64,000 nucleotides of DNA, taken from the NCBI GenBank assembly GCA_964035575.1, contig OZ037842.1:558001-622000 (forward strand), given 5' to 3'. Origin of the DNA: Rhynchopus sp. YZ270_cl-10 (Eukaryota). Position numbers and translations under genes: made by a program. A model generated the notes under the pieces. The model saw nothing but the letters and a program-made list of their open reading frames with translations. It had not been told where the DNA came from and searched no databases. Shown in pieces: positions 43,358 through 58,300 of the stretch; position 1 is the first letter of the stretch; each line of letters opens with the position of its first letter.

Positions 43358-46300
43358 TTACACCCTTGTTGTATCCACCCCACCTGGACTGGGTGCAACA
43401 GGCTCCATCTCTGCGACCACTGGGGTTCCTGGGGGGGAGAGCTCGGAGGAGGCATCGCTGCCGTGCGCGTATCCTGAGAAGCAGCACTTTCCGCGTGAGT
43501 TGCAGTAGCACATCAGCATCACGAAGACCAAGAGGGCCACCGCACCTGCTGCGAGTAGGACTCCGATGATGACCCATTCGTTGTCTCCAGGGGAGGGAGG
43601 CGTCTCTGTGGGGACAGGTGTCTGCACACCTTCGAAGAGGGATGTGCCCGGGAGGGGGCATAGGCCTGCGGCACCGAGGGGGTTGGCTGCAGAGCAGTTT
43701 GTTGCGTAGTTCTTCAACAACGCAACAATCACGTCTACGTCCTGCAAAAGCGACAGCTGGAAACGCACAAAGGTCCCCTCCCCCGCCTCTGCCAACGCCA
43801 CAGCACCACGCCCTGCGCTGCCATCGCGGCAGGAGCTTTCGATGCGCGCACCGCCATTGCTGTTGCAGTACATCAGCACCTCAACATCGCCCCGCAAAAG
43901 GTACGGCGACAACGCTGTCACCAACGCAGTGACAAACCACTGTGTCGTGAACACAGAGAAAAGCTTCGCAATGTGCATCTCAAAGGTGTGCACCGACTCT
44001 AGCGGCGCTGCAGTGCTCCACGGAGAAGGTGTTGAAGCCAAAGCAGTCGCATCTCTGAACCCTGCGTAGTAGCTCCCATACGGCTCGCCTCCATTGCATT
44101 CAATGACACCATCCGAGACGGTTGACCCAACACGCTCCCACTTTGCGGTTGAAACAGTCAGGTCGGATGCCTTGATGTATGCACAGTGGAAGAATGATGC
44201 CTTTTCCTGTGTGCAGGAGGGGCAGAGGATGCGGAAGGATGTGGTCGGTGTGCCACCCGTGCGTTGGGAGATGTCGACAAGGTTGGCCCCGTTCTTCTCG
44301 TAGATGTGCACCAAGGCTGCGTCTGTGGCGGCAAGTGTCTCACCTTCTGCACGCGACACATAGCTGTTCGGTGTCAGCACCACTGTCGCAACTACTTCTT
44401 GCGTCCCAGAGCTGAACCGATGTGCTGGCGTCTTCACAGTGACGTAGCCACTGCCGGGTGTGACCAGATTCGTGGTAACATAACTCTCAGCAGAAACCCC
44501 GACACGTGTCCCGGCACCCTGGAACGAAGTTGTGACGTTCAGGACTGTGCGCTGTGGATAGCCGTTGTCCTTGTCCAGTGGGGTCAGTCCTGCGTAGCTT
44601 GCAGAGTCCTGCAGGATACCAGCAAAGGAGTACTGTGGTGTGTACGGAGCTCTGAAGTCCATGGCCTTCTTGAGGTAGAGGGTGCGCACGGCATCGAGCT
44701 TTGTGTGGTAGGTGATTGGGTCGAAGTCGAAGACGTGCACGGACAGTGCGGCCATGCGTGACACAAGAGACTGGATGAGGTCCACGCAGCGGATGACCAC
44801 ACGCTCCAGGCGGAAGTCAAGGTTGCTCACGTCCACCTGCGTCGACAGCACAGAAGACAGCAGTGCAGCGCTGTCCGTGATCAGCGCCGTCACGTTTGTG
44901 AGATACTCCACTGTAGGCGAGTCCACGGCCACCACCTCGTCGTTCAGCTTGTCCAGCAGGTTCTGCAGCGTCATCAAAATAGAAGGATGTATCGTGCCCA
45001 TCGCATTGCCGGTGCCAGTCAGCAGCTCAGAGTTGATCTGCGTGAACAGCGTGAGAAGGTACGGTGTGCCCACACTCGCTGCCACAAGGCTCCGTGCGTA
45101 CCTGCTGCCCGTCTGCCCGCCCACAGACGCATCGGCGCTGGCAGTGATGGCAGCAATCTTGGCAGAAGGGCTTGTGTCGGTCTGCACTGCACTGAGGACA
45201 TTCAGGTCCGCGTTTAATTGACTGTCCTCGTTGGGCCTGACCTTGACGATGACAGAGCCGGTGGAGACGAAGCCTGTTGTGATCTGGCGTACCTCGACAC
45301 GCAGCGTCAGCTCGTAGTCGGGGGAGGAGCCTGCAGGCAGGAGCACACGGTTCATCAGCGCTTGGTTCGCGGCAAAGCCTGCTGTGAGCGGGATGGGGTC
45401 GAGCGTGACGGGATCCTCCGTCTCGTAGTAGTACTCGAGGTCTGCCTGCAGGATTGCACCCGACACACCGGGCACGGCACCAGGTGTCGCCACCGTCTCG
45501 ACTTCAAACTCAGACAACTGCGCAAAGTGCACACCATCTGTCCCGCATGTCGCGGCCTCACACCTTGCAGTAACACTCGCCACCGAAGGCGCCGACACAA
45601 CAGTGAACGTCGTCGCCCCACTGCACACAGCGTCCGCACCCAGCGTGCACACCTTGAACACATAGACTGTGCCTGCCTGAAGGATGTTCGCCTTGAGTGA
45701 GAGGGTACGTGAGTTCAGCGGTGTGGTGCTCATGTCCTGTGTCAACACGAAGTTTGCTGGCGAAGCGAAGACCCACTCGAACTCGTCGTTCGGTTTGTCG
45801 AACGGCGAGAGCGCAGCCCGTAGCGTGACTGCCGCGGTGGGCGAGTAGTACGTCTCTGTTGCCACCGTCATGAAGACTGCGTCTGTCGGGCTGTACTCTG
45901 TGTAGCGTGTCTCATAGCGTGCCACGATCTCCTCGGGTGTGTCGTAGGAGGACTTGATGAGCACCTCGTCCACCTTCCCGACGACGGGCGCAAGCAGCTC
46001 GGTGTCGATGTTCGTCTTCCCGAACACAGCGCCTACGTGGAGCTGGCTTTGGAACTCATACCCGATGATGTCGTTCGAGTGGAAACGCAGATCATTCGTT
46101 GTACACACGTGGTCGGTACACGCCGTCACCTGCGGTGTCAGTCCACGTCTCCCAGAGAGGAACGACCCTGAAATGTAGTGCCATGTGTTCTGCTTAATTG
46201 CCCTCGTGTTCACAACAGCAGCAGTCCACATAATGTTCGGCCCATTCGCAACGTGGAATGCAGCATAGAAGCTTCCGTCTGATGTCTGCGCAATGGTCTC

Positions 46301-49300
46301 TCCTGGTGCGGGGCTGACAGAGTCGGTGATCTCCAGCCAGTAGCCGAATGCGTAGCGCTCTGTGTCCAACCCTGCGACCACTTGGGGGAACTTAAACTTT
46401 CCAGCGATGGAACAGTGACGTCCGGTCAGGCCAAACTTGCCTTGCGTCTGTGTGGGGTGAGGTACGTGGATGGTGGCATGGGGGAACATACATCAGTACA
46501 CTTCGTCAGGTCTACGTTGATCCACGCCGACACCGTGACCTCGGCGTAGCCAAAGTGGACGTACTCCGCTGCGTAGTCGCGTGCAGTCTCCGTGAGGCGG
46601 ATACCTGCTGCGTTCGTTCCGGTACCAAAGGTCTCGACGTACTCAGGGATGGGCGACTGTGAAATGATTGTGTTTCCATGTCAAAAAAACGTTGTCCATA
46701 CCAAGCCCATGGGACTGCCACCCACAGCGGTCCAGTCAATGTAGTTCGTCACCTCCCTGCTGTGGTCGCCATTACTCAGCTCCTGGAAGTGGTACACAGA
46801 GAACTGCGGGTCGGTTGTCTTCTGGCCCACGATGCTCACGGTGCATGGTCCACCAGCACAGTCCACTGCCTTCCCGTCAACTATGACAGTCAGTGTCGTG
46901 ACCCGCTCGTAGTCGGCATTCTCAACGGGGCGTGGCTGCCATTGGTAGCCACCCATGCAGACGATCGTGTCTGCCGTGGTGTCGGTGGTGACAGCGCACT
47001 CTGCACTACCGACGTAGATACGGATGAGCGCACCCACCGGGAACTGTCCCTTGATCTTGAAGTCCTGCTGGCCCTCCCAAGAGAGCTGTGGAGGGGAATA
47101 GGAAATGACCTTCGGAATAATGGTGGTCGTATCAATCGTGTCTGTCACCTCCTGTTGGGTCCATGCAGTGTCGCAGATCCTGATGTCGTCGATGGCGCCG
47201 TTGAACACACCTGCATTGCTGAGGCAGACACCACCGATGGCCAGCGTCGTCGTCTGTGCCTGTGTGGCAGTGCTCAGCGCGTTGACAGGTGCAGGCCCCT
47301 CTGTGCACGTCTTGTCTAAGCACACCATCATCCCGCCGCTAGCATTATACGACGCTGTCACAAAGTGCCACACACCCGGTGACACCAGCGCCGTGCTCGC
47401 CAGCTCCACCCCAGCAACAGAGAGATGCGGTGCGTACGTCGCCGCCTTCACAGAAGGGGTGCATGGGCCGCTCACGATGCCAACTGAGTAGGACCCGTCT
47501 CCTTCCATTGAGTACTTCCGGTGTGCGCACTGTAAGGACGATTTAGATTTGGAAAAGAAAAGGATGGAGAGTGGAGAGTGGAAAGGAAAGTGAAGCATAC
47601 CTCCTCCCATGTGCCGGTCAACACAAGCTTGATCTGCGAAGCAATGTCCCCAGGCCTGACCGACTTTGACACCTTCGCCCCGTAGACCTTTGTGTTGCAG
47701 TTGTTCGCCAGGGTGAAGTCGCTGCTGCCCCCCATTGTGGCGGTGATGGAGCAGGTGCCTCCTCCGATGGGCTCTGTGGCCTGGATCTCCACTGTGATGT
47801 CTGTCACGACAGGGCAGCCTGCGGCTCCTTCCGCGCAGGGGTTGATGTCGTAGGTGAAGACTGAGTCGCCGTTCTCAGTTGTCAGCGACGCGAGGGAGAG
47901 GGTGTGCTGCTCGGTGAGCTGCTGCAGGGTGCCTGCTGTGTCGCATGGGGCCAGCAGGCACTCAGAGACCGTCTGTGTGTGGTATATTGATGAGTATAGA
48001 AAGGTGATGACAAAGTGAAGTTGATAGTGCAAACGCCTGGGGCGCAGGTACTGACACTTATCGAACCGAAACAAAAGAGGGGAGGAAAACAATCTTTGTG
48101 GGGGGTGGGGGGTGGGCTGCATACCGCTGTCGTAGCTTCGGACACACGCTGCAGGCTGACCTGGAAGACCTTTGAGCTCTCAGACCCTTGACACACCAAA
48201 GGTATAACAGCATCTGCCGAGGCAGTCTCGTCAAAGCGCACCCAAGCAGCGGACGTAAAGGACGGGCTGAGGAAGAGTGCGTCTGCCGAGGAGATACGGT
48301 GTCCCTTCGCAAGCTGCACAGCGCGGCTGTACGCGTCGTTCGGGAACACCAGGTCGCCCCGTACGTAGGATATGGCAGACGCCGTTGACAGTGCAGGGGA
48401 TGGCGAGGTGCGTGGGAGCAGGCTCCCGCTGAAGGGGTACTGGTGGCACGAGGTTGTGCCCTTGCAGCCGTCGCCCTGCTGGCACAGCTCCGTCTCGCAC
48501 ACCGTACCGACATACCCCGCAGTGCACTGGCACTGCGTCGTCACAGCGTTGCCCGGAGTGCCAAGCTCTGCCACACACGTACCATGTCCGTTGCAGGGCT
48601 CCCCGTTAGCCGTGATTGCCGGGCAAGCCACGTCACACGTGTCGCCCTTGTACGCAGCCTCGCAGACGCACTTCCCACTGCCAGTTCTCCCGTCGTTGCA
48701 GGTTCCGTGTCCGTTGCAGACGACACCGTTCACGGTGGGACACGTGTGCTCGCAGTACTCACCGTACACACCAGCAGGACACACACACAGCCCCGTCCCG
48801 AGCTTGCCGTCGTCGCACACACCTGTCCTGCATGTGGGGCAAGGCACACATGTGCTGCCGTAGTTCCCTGGTGCGCACTGACTGCAGTCCGTACCCTCCC
48901 ACGTAGCACTGCACTTGCAAGTGTCTATGTCCGGCTGGCACACACCATGTGCATTACAAACCTTAGCCAGCGCAGAACGTGCAGGAACACGCACAGTCAA
49001 CGGCGCACGGTGGTACCCGCCAAAGTCGTCAACAAGACGTACAGTAACAATGTAGTCCTTCGCAGTTGGGGAAGGCTGGATCGACGTGAGCGACCGCAGG
49101 TAGAGCTTGTTCTCACGCACAACAAACATAGCACCGTTCTCAGAGCTGATGTGCGCCTGTGGTCTGTCGTTCGCATCTACGTCAACGGGGGCAAACGTGA
49201 ACAGCGGAGTGTTCACATACTGGTCTAAAGGCCACTCCGTCTCGAACAGATTCACAGCCAGCCCAAGCGACGTCGGTGCCGTATTCGAGGACGCGACCAC

Positions 49301-52300
49301 AATCGTAACCTGCACCTGGCACACCACATCGAGTCCCTCGTACAGAGGCATCGTGAACACCTCCTCTGCTGAAGGGTACGCTGCCGTGTCAAGTGTGTAC
49401 GAAAAGTGTCCATCTGGTCCGACATTGACAGTGCCCAGTCCAGCAAGTGTGCAGAGCGCATCCTTGCATGCAGTAAGCCCAACATTCCCCGAAAGCGATC
49501 CAAAGCTGCGAGCCAAAACCCCTGCACCGGCACGGACGGCAAACACCGCCTGTCCTCCATCTGAGGCCATGAAGCCGTACCTGAGGGGGCTTGGACAGAC
49601 ACTTTCGTCGTCGGTTTTCTGCCCAGCAACCACGTTTTTGAACTCGACACCTCGCTGCTTGGAGACGTACAGCGCAGTGTACAGCGTGTCGTCTGTGCCA
49701 TCAGCCCTCTTCAGCGATGTGCCTGCTGCGTTGTCAGCAACCAAAGCGTCCACGCCGTTGACGACAACAAGCAGGTACGACGTCGTGCGCACCAAGCGCA
49801 CGGAGTACTCGGCACCGTACTCCCAACCACCCACTGCCGTCTGCAGCACTGTGGTGCTCTCGCCTTTGGTGTACACGATTGACTTGTGTGTCGCATTCCA
49901 CAAGAACAGCGTGCTGTCAACCTGAGACCCGAACGCAGACGCATGGGGAGTCTTGTGTCCAAAAGAGACACCGATGACACCCTTGCTCCCCTGCGTGGAG
50001 GCAGAGCTCGCGACCTGGATCGTGGCAGTGACAGCCATGGGCGCCTTGTACTTGAGGAGCGACACCTTGTACGCAGGAGACACAAACTCCTGAGTGGTGG
50101 TCTGTATGCCCCAAGGTGCCAGGTACCGCTTGCCTGTCGCAGATGTGTCGGTCTCTGTCAACCCAGAATTGACCCACAGACCCGGGTCGCGAGACTCCGT
50201 GGATGCACGCCACAGACGCATGTCCTGCACCTCCATCCCCTTGCTTGCGGGTGCAGTGCTGTCCGCGAAGTAACGGACCGTTGCACCACGCATGCACAGA
50301 ACCTCGTGCGCGTTGCTGCAGTCCTCTGTCTTCCACCTGCGGCCATTGACCCCGTGGTAGATGACTGCACATCTCTGCAGCTGTGGCTCGCCAGCGTCCC
50401 ACTTCGTGAAGCCTGGGCTTCCTGCCGACCACTGCCACGACGTCTTCGCTGTGTCGTAGAACAGACCCGACCACGCCGGGCTGTTGACTACAAGTGCTGA
50501 GAGCACGTCCCAGTCTTCAACCACAAGCGCATCGGCAAGCGTTCCACCCACAGCCACGCATTCACTGTTTGCAAGCGCGCGCGCAACCTTGTTGCTGGAT
50601 GCCAAGCGTGTGTAGCACCGGCTCCCTGAACGGAACCAACCTGCAGGACATGCGAACGCCGCGTTTACCCCACAAGTACCCTCGCAAGCATCCCCAGTGA
50701 ACAAGTTGTGGCAGTTGCACGTTCCCTGGATCGTGCAAGACCCATGGTTGTTGCACACCTTGCCATTGTGAGTGGGGCACGTACCCGAGCAGTCGATGTT
50801 TGAGAAGCCGGCTTTGCATTTGCACGTCCCGTCCACCTGGCAGTCTCCGTTCCCGCTGCAGGGCTTCTTAGCTCCCGGGCAGACGTACACGCAGTCGGGA
50901 CCCCAGTGAGATGCGTCGCAGCGGTCGCACTTCTCCCCTGCCCAAGGTGTGTTGCACTCACAGATGCCGTCGTCTTTGCAGATACCGTGACTGTTGCAGA
51001 CCTTCCCGTTCGTAGTCGGGCACACGATCTCGCACGACACACCGCGGTAGCCAGCAGCACAGCTGCAGGCACACGTCGCGTACGCATCTGCAATGCATGA
51101 GCCGTGCTCTCCACATCCCGAGGTGCCGCAGCAGCAGCTGCAGTCTGCACCAAAGCATCCTGTGGTGCACGTGCACGAGGCGGCAGAGGCTCCTGGCACA
51201 CAGACACCTCCGTTGCACACGTCCTCATTTGCTGTCACACCCACAGTGGCTCCTGGACACACCTGCTCGCAGGTGCTGCCCACAGCTCCGGATTGGCACA
51301 CATTGCAGTTATCTCCTGTCCAAGACCTGCTGCAAGTACACTTGCAGAACGGTGACTCAGCGATAGCCTCCGCAGTGCCAGCATTGCTGCACCAGTCTTG
51401 GTCGTTGCAAAGATTCCGTGAGCATGCATCGCTGCCAGTAGAGGGGCCGTACATGCTGTTGCACACACACTCCCCACACTCTCCCGTGTTCGACACAAGC
51501 GTGCCCTGCCCGTTGCAGCACGCAGTGCACGTTGGTGGTGTACCTCCGTAGCCTGCAGCGCATGAATCGCAGTTGATGCCATCGTAGGGTGACGGGCATG
51601 TCTCGCACATAGTACCGTCCCACTGGGAATTGCAGCTGCACACACAGGATGTCTGTGTGCTGTCGGCTTCGACGGTGCCACGCCCGTTGCAGTGAACCTG
51701 CGCATCACAGCGCTGGCATGTTGGGTAGCCGATGTACGATGCAGCACATGAAGAACAGTCGTTTGTCTCGTTGTACCCTGTGGGGCACACGCTGCAGTCT
51801 GCCCCTGTCCAACTGAGTGACGATGTGCATGTGCACATGCATTCTCCGTTGTAGACGCTGGCGACACCATGTCCAGTGCAGTTAGCGTCAGACGTACACA
51901 CACAGTTCTGAGGGTCGCCCATGCCGTTTGCACATGACGTGCAAGATGTGTCCAAACCAGACAACGAGCACACACTGCAGTCATCACCACTCCAGTACCC
52001 CGAGCACGAGCACAGGCAAGGCGAGTTGGGGTCGCCAGTGGCAGACACGGAGTCAGCATTGCCACTGCAGTGCGTGTCGCTCGAACACCTTTGGGCGCAG
52101 CTAGGGTAGCCATCAATGTACCCCGAAGCACAAACATCACACTTTGCCCCCATGTAGTTCGCGGGGCAGTAGTTGCAGGTATCGCCTTGCCATTTGCCTT
52201 CACATTCACAGGCGCATGCCCCCCCTGACGCCGTTGCATTGCCGTTGCCAGAACACATGCTCTCACTGCACGACACAGGTGCAGGTGTTTCAGGGTAAGA

Positions 52301-55300
52301 CGGTGCGTCAGTAGACGGCGTTCCTGGTGCAGCTGTGTCGGAGCCAGGTACCGCTGTGTCGGGGGCAGAGGTCTCGACAGGTGTGCACGCCGGGTATGTG
52401 TCATTGCTGTTCTTGCAGGCATCGCACGTTGCAGCGTCGTACACAGCAGGACAGTTCTCGCAATTGTCGCCGTACCAGCTGCCACTGCACCTGCACACAC
52501 AGGCAGACCCATCTGCGCGTGATGTCACTTCAGAAGCGTGGCCAGAGCAGTGAATGTCGACATCGCACTGCACACACTCGCTGCGCTCCCAAGAGTACCC
52601 TGTCGCACAGGTGGAACAGTCCTGGGTGGCGTCGTAGGCAGAAGGGCATACGTCGCAGTTGGTGCCCTGCCACTTGTTTCTGCAGTCGCACACGCACTCT
52701 GTCGCGGTGGAGACGACAGAGTGCGCGTTGCTCGTGCAGTTGCTGGCAGTTGTGCATTGGAAGCAGTTTGGGTAAACGCATGTATCGCAGTGTGCACCGG
52801 TGTACGATGCAGGGCACACAGAACAGTCGGAACCAGTCCAGTGGTTCGCACATGTGCACGCACACACACCATTATCCTTCTGTACACTTGCGGCGTGTCC
52901 GCTGCAGTGCGTCCACTGCGAGCACTCGACACAGTTGGGAGGTGTGCCCACGTGGTTGGCTGCGCACTGTGTGCACGTTGCGTCATAGACTGACGAGCAG
53001 GTTGCACAGTCGGGCAAGTTCCAGAACCCATTGCAGGTGCATTGACATGACTGGCCGTCGTTCGATACCTGAGCGTTTCCGTTGGAGGAGCAGTCGCTGT
53101 TGGAGCAGGAGGTGCACAGAGGGTAGTTGTACCTTCCGTTCGCGCACGACGCACAGTCCGCAGAGTCGTACTTCGAGGGACACGTATCACACGTAGCACC
53201 TTCCCACTCGTTGCTGCAGGCACAGGTGCACGCGCCTCCAGAGGAGCCAGTCACTTGCCCATGTTGCGAACAGTCGGCAGATGAACATGAGCGGCACACC
53301 CCTGCTTCTTTGATGTACCCGTCCTCGCATTGGCCACAGCCGCTGCCAGTGTAGCCTTCGCTGCAGGCGCTGCAATCAGCCCCAGTGAATCCCACGTTAC
53401 ATGTGCACGTGCACCCGGTGCTGTCGTCGTTGTTGGTCACAGAGAGCGCGTTCCCAGAACAATGTCTGCTCAAGTCACAAGCCTGGCAGTGCACAGCTCC
53501 ATTCCACGAGTAGTAACCATCGCTACATGCAGAACAGCTGGGCAGAGAATACCCAGTGCGGCAGGTGCTGCACGTGGCGTCAACCCAACCATCTTTGCAC
53601 GTACAGACGCATGCTGCTCCGCTCGGGTCAGATGCCACTGAGGCAGTGTTTCCAGCGGTGCAGTGCGCAGCAATGGTGCATGCAGTGCAGACGTCGCCAG
53701 ACTTCACGTATCCCACATCGCAAATGGTGCAAGCCGCTCCTTTGTAGCCTGTGTCGCATGTGCACTCACACTTCTTCTTGTTCGACGACACAGTAGCTGT
53801 GCCCTTCCCACTGCAGTGAGCGGCGCGTGTGCATTCTTCGCACACAGGGTAGTTGATACGTCCTGCACTGCATGCTCCACAGTCTGCGGCGGACGAAAAC
53901 TTAACATCGCACTCGTTGCAAGTTGTGCCAGTCCACTGCTTTTTGCATGCACAAACACATCCACTGCGGTCGCTGTTGGACGTCACAGACACAGCGTTCC
54001 CACTACAGTGCAACTGCTTCATACACTTGAAGCAGTCTGGATAAGAGTACCTCCCAGCAGCGCACTGCCCACAGTTGGCACCAGCATACTTCCCTGGGCA
54101 CGTTTCGCAGTTGTCGCCTGTCCATTTCTTGTTGCAGTTACAGATGCACTCTCCACCAACTGGCACCACTCCACTTGCGCGCGAGTTGCAGTGGCTCTCC
54201 ACAGTGCACCCTCCGCAATGTGGGTAGGTCCCTGCTTCCAAGCAACTGTTGCAGTGTGCATCCTGGGTGAAAATCGCAGGACACGTGTCGCATGTGCTTC
54301 CACCCCAGCTGTTCTTGCATGTGCACACACACGCCCCATCATCAGAGACTGTGGCATCGTAGGCGTGCGTGTTTCCGTTGCACACAGCATCGACGCTGCA
54401 TGCCTTGCACTCGGGGTATGAGTACTTCTGTGCTGCGCACCCTGTGCAAGACGCATCGTATTTGCTGAAGTCGCATGTGTCGCATTGGGGCCCGGTCCAC
54501 TGGCCACGGCAGCTGCACGTACAGAGATCGTTCCCTCCATCCGTTCCGGTCACGTACCCATTCCCGTTGCAGTCGGAGACAGCGTTGCAGAGTCTGCATT
54601 CCTTCGTGGTGCCAGGAACCTTTACGTGGAACTGCGCACACTGCTGGCACTCTGAACCATCTTCTGTGAGGTAGTGCGTGGCTGGGCACACGTTGCACTC
54701 AGCACCTGTCCAGGGGGCATCGCAGCTGCATTCGCATTTCCCGTTCTGCCCTGCGGAGACGTCGCCGTGCCCGTTGCAGTGTCCAGATGTGCACAACGTG
54801 CACACGGGGAAGCCCACACGGCCAGACAAGCACCCGGTGCAGGTGGCGTTGTAGCGGGTGGAGTCACAAGACCCACACGAGTCGCCCGTCCACTCAGAGG
54901 TGCAGCCACTGCACACGCACTTCCCTCCAAGGGCGGTGACAAACGCAGCACGGCCGTTGCAATGGCTCTCCACAGTGCACATCTTGCACAAGCCATCCCC
55001 AGAGCGGATGTATCCAGCCGCACACAACTCACAGCTCGCGCCAGTGTAGCCCGTCATGCATTTACACAGACAGGTTTGCGACCCTGCAGCCTCTGTTGTG
55101 ACCTCCTCTGCAGCGTTGCTGCAGTGAACTGCCGACGTGCACTGTGTGCAGTTGGCAGAGGGATCTCCGAGCCAGCCCTTGGCACAGCTGTCGCACAGGT
55201 CACCTGCGTACCCTGCAACGCATTCTGAGCACTGGCTTTCGGGGGACCACCCAGCAAGACATCTGCAGGCACACTCGCCGTCCACAGCCTCAACGTACGA

Positions 55301-58300
55301 CGTGCCACGGTAGAAGCAATCGGAGTTCAGCTTGTCGCCGATGGTGCATTGTCTGCATGAGCCGTCCGTCTCGACTCTGACGTGCTTTGCAACACACTCG
55401 TCGCAGGCCAGCCCAGAGAAAGGGTACGGACATATCGAGCATGAGGCACCTGTGAAGCGCCCACTGCAGCGGCACTTGCATTCACCGTTGTCAACAAAGC
55501 CAGTGCCACTCGCAGCCGCGCAGCGAGTGGAGCACGAGATACACGCAGGGTAGTAGCCATGGAGGTCTGCACACTCAGCACACGTCGCGTTGTTGAACTG
55601 TGCAGCACACACACTGCAGTCGTCGCCACTCCACTGGTCCTCGCACGCGCATCTGCAGCTTCCAGTGCTGTTGACGTATGCCGCTCCATGTCCACTGCAG
55701 CTTACACTGTCCAGACACGACGAGCACACCTGTCCCTGCAATGCGTATCCATCGTCACACGCCTGACACGTGGCTCCCGAGTAGCCTTCGAGACACTGGC
55801 ATCCGCACCGGGTGTCAGAAACAGGTACACTCGTTCCCCCGTTCTGACACTGTGTTTCCCCCACGTCATCCTGGACAAGAGCAGCAATCTCTGCGCAGTT
55901 CGCACACGTCGGGTACATGATCCTGCTGTCGGAACATCCACCGCAGTCGTTGCTGGCATCAAACTTTTCCGGACAGGTGCCGCAGTTGGAGTCTTGCGTC
56001 CACGAGTTCCTGCACTGGCACACACATACGTTGTTTACACTTGTCACAGCCCACGCACGGGAGTTGCAGTGCGTTTCCACACTGCACTGCCTGCAAATAA
56101 CTGTGTCGCTGACATCGGTTGTGGAGGCAACATAGCCAGGCAGGCATCCGTTGCAGCGGCCATCAACAGTGGTGTACGGGTAGGGGCATGCGTTGCAACG
56201 CTGCCCTGTCCAGTGGTCATCGCAGTCGCAAGTGCAGACACCATCGACGGAAGCAGCAGCACCGTGACTGTTGCACGTCGTGTTGTCGCAGATGCAGTCT
56301 GGGAAGGCGTATGTCCCCGTCGCACACGCTGTGCAGTCGCTGGTGTATACGGTGCTGTTGCCGGGGCACGATTCGCACAAGTCACCTGTCCAGGGGAGGT
56401 CGCATTCACACAAACATGTCACACCGTCGGAGGAGGTCACAGTACCGTGGCTCCCACAGATCGCTGCATCGCACTGCAAACAACCGCTGTCCTGGGCGTA
56501 GTACCCACTTTTACATGTGAGACAATTTGTGGCCTCGTCGTATCCAGTGGGACACGCCGCACAGTCGGGCTCCTCCCATTTGTTCTCGCACGTGCAGAGG
56601 CAGTCGGTTCCATTAGACGTCACTGAAGACGCGTGCCCGTTGCATGCCCCTGCCAGGGTGCAGAGCTTGCACTCTTGGAGGTCGTTCAGAGCGTGAGGTG
56701 CTGCACAGTCCGCACACAACGTCTGTTCAAAACGCGCAGGGCACACCCCACAAGACGCACCGTCGAAGTTGGTGTTGCAGGTGCACACGCACTTTGTGAA
56801 GTCTTCATTGCTGGTCACGGACAAGGCGTGCTCATTGCAGTCAGTGGTTGTGTTACACTCCCTACACGCAGTCCCCGACATGACGTAACCCACAGAACAC
56901 GGTGTGCATGTGGCAGGCGTCGATGAAGTGTCATGCGCAAAGCCTGATGGGCAGGTGCTGCAGGTGTCGCCCTCCCACGGATACTCGCAGTGGCAGTTGC
57001 AAGACGTTTCTCCGTTGGTGCGTGTCACAACAAGACCACGGCCGTTGCAGTGGTCATTGCTGCTGCATCTTATGCAGATGTCGTCGCTTTCAACGTAGTC
57101 CTCGGCACACGAAGCACACGCATCTCCTGTGTAGTTGGAGCTGCAGGAACCACAGACACAAGTCCTGTCAGCACCACTTCCACTTGTGTACACAGAGGCA
57201 CGTCCGTTGCATGTGGTGTCCGCAGAGCAAGCTGTGCAGTCGGGTGGTGTCCCTGTCGAGCCAGAGGAACATTCGTCACAGTCTGTGCCCGCGTGTTCAC
57301 ACGTCTCACACCTGTCGCCTGACCAGCCGTTCGCGCATCCACTACATTCACATTGGCCAGACGACACGGCCTCGGATGACGACCGGTTGTTGCAGTACAG
57401 CGTGTTGCATTCCCTGCACAGCTCCCCGAAATAGCCGTCTGCGCAGTCCCTGCAGTAGGCTTGTTCGAACCTCTCTGGGCACGAGGAGCAGTCGCTGCCC
57501 TCCCAGTTGTCCATGCATTTGCACACACATGTTTCCTGGTCTGCAGACGTGCCTACACTTTCGGCGTGGCTGTTGCACGACGTCACATTGGTGCACTGCG
57601 TGCAGCTCTGCTCGCTACCAGCAAACCCTGCTGCGCAGCTCTCGCAGGCAGCTCCCGAAAACCCTGGGAAGCAGCTGCACATGCACACACCCAAGATGCT
57701 GCTGGACGGCTGCAGGGTCCCCTGGCCGCTGCAGACGATGTGTGCAGCCATGATCGCTTCACTGGGTGTGAAGGTGGTCCCCACGACACCGTACTTCAGT
57801 GCACCCATGCCAACCTCAGTGCAGGTCAGACACGAAGGGAATTGTCCTTCATTCGCACACCCGGTGCACGTGCTGTTGAAACGAGTCTCGTCACATCCAG
57901 TGCAGGCAGGGCCAGTGAACGGGAACTTGCAGGCACACTTGCACGATGACCTGTCAGCCGTTGACGTGACGTGGTGGGCGTTGCTGCTGCAGTCCGTCTC
58001 AAGGGAGCACTGCGCACATGTCACCTTCCCACCGGCATCTGTCGAGACACGGTGCCAACCCTCCTTACAGTTGTTGCAGTCTGAAGCAGGGTCGTAGCCA
58101 TCCTCGCATGAGCTGCACTTTGCCCCAGTCCAGTGGTAGCGGCAGGCACATCCACATGTGTCCGCAACGACAGACCCGTGGTTGTTGCATGTCCTCGCGT
58201 CTGTGCACTCCCCGCAAGCAGGGAACGTTCCAGTGAACCCGTCGGCGCATGTTGTGCAGGTAGCGTCGTAGTAGTCCGGACACACATCGCACTGCGGCCC

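Noticed and set aside
43358..48122. Separate genes at 43358-46489, 46681-47610 and 47472-48122
   Set aside because: GTATG..CAG introns join them in frame to the giant ORF.
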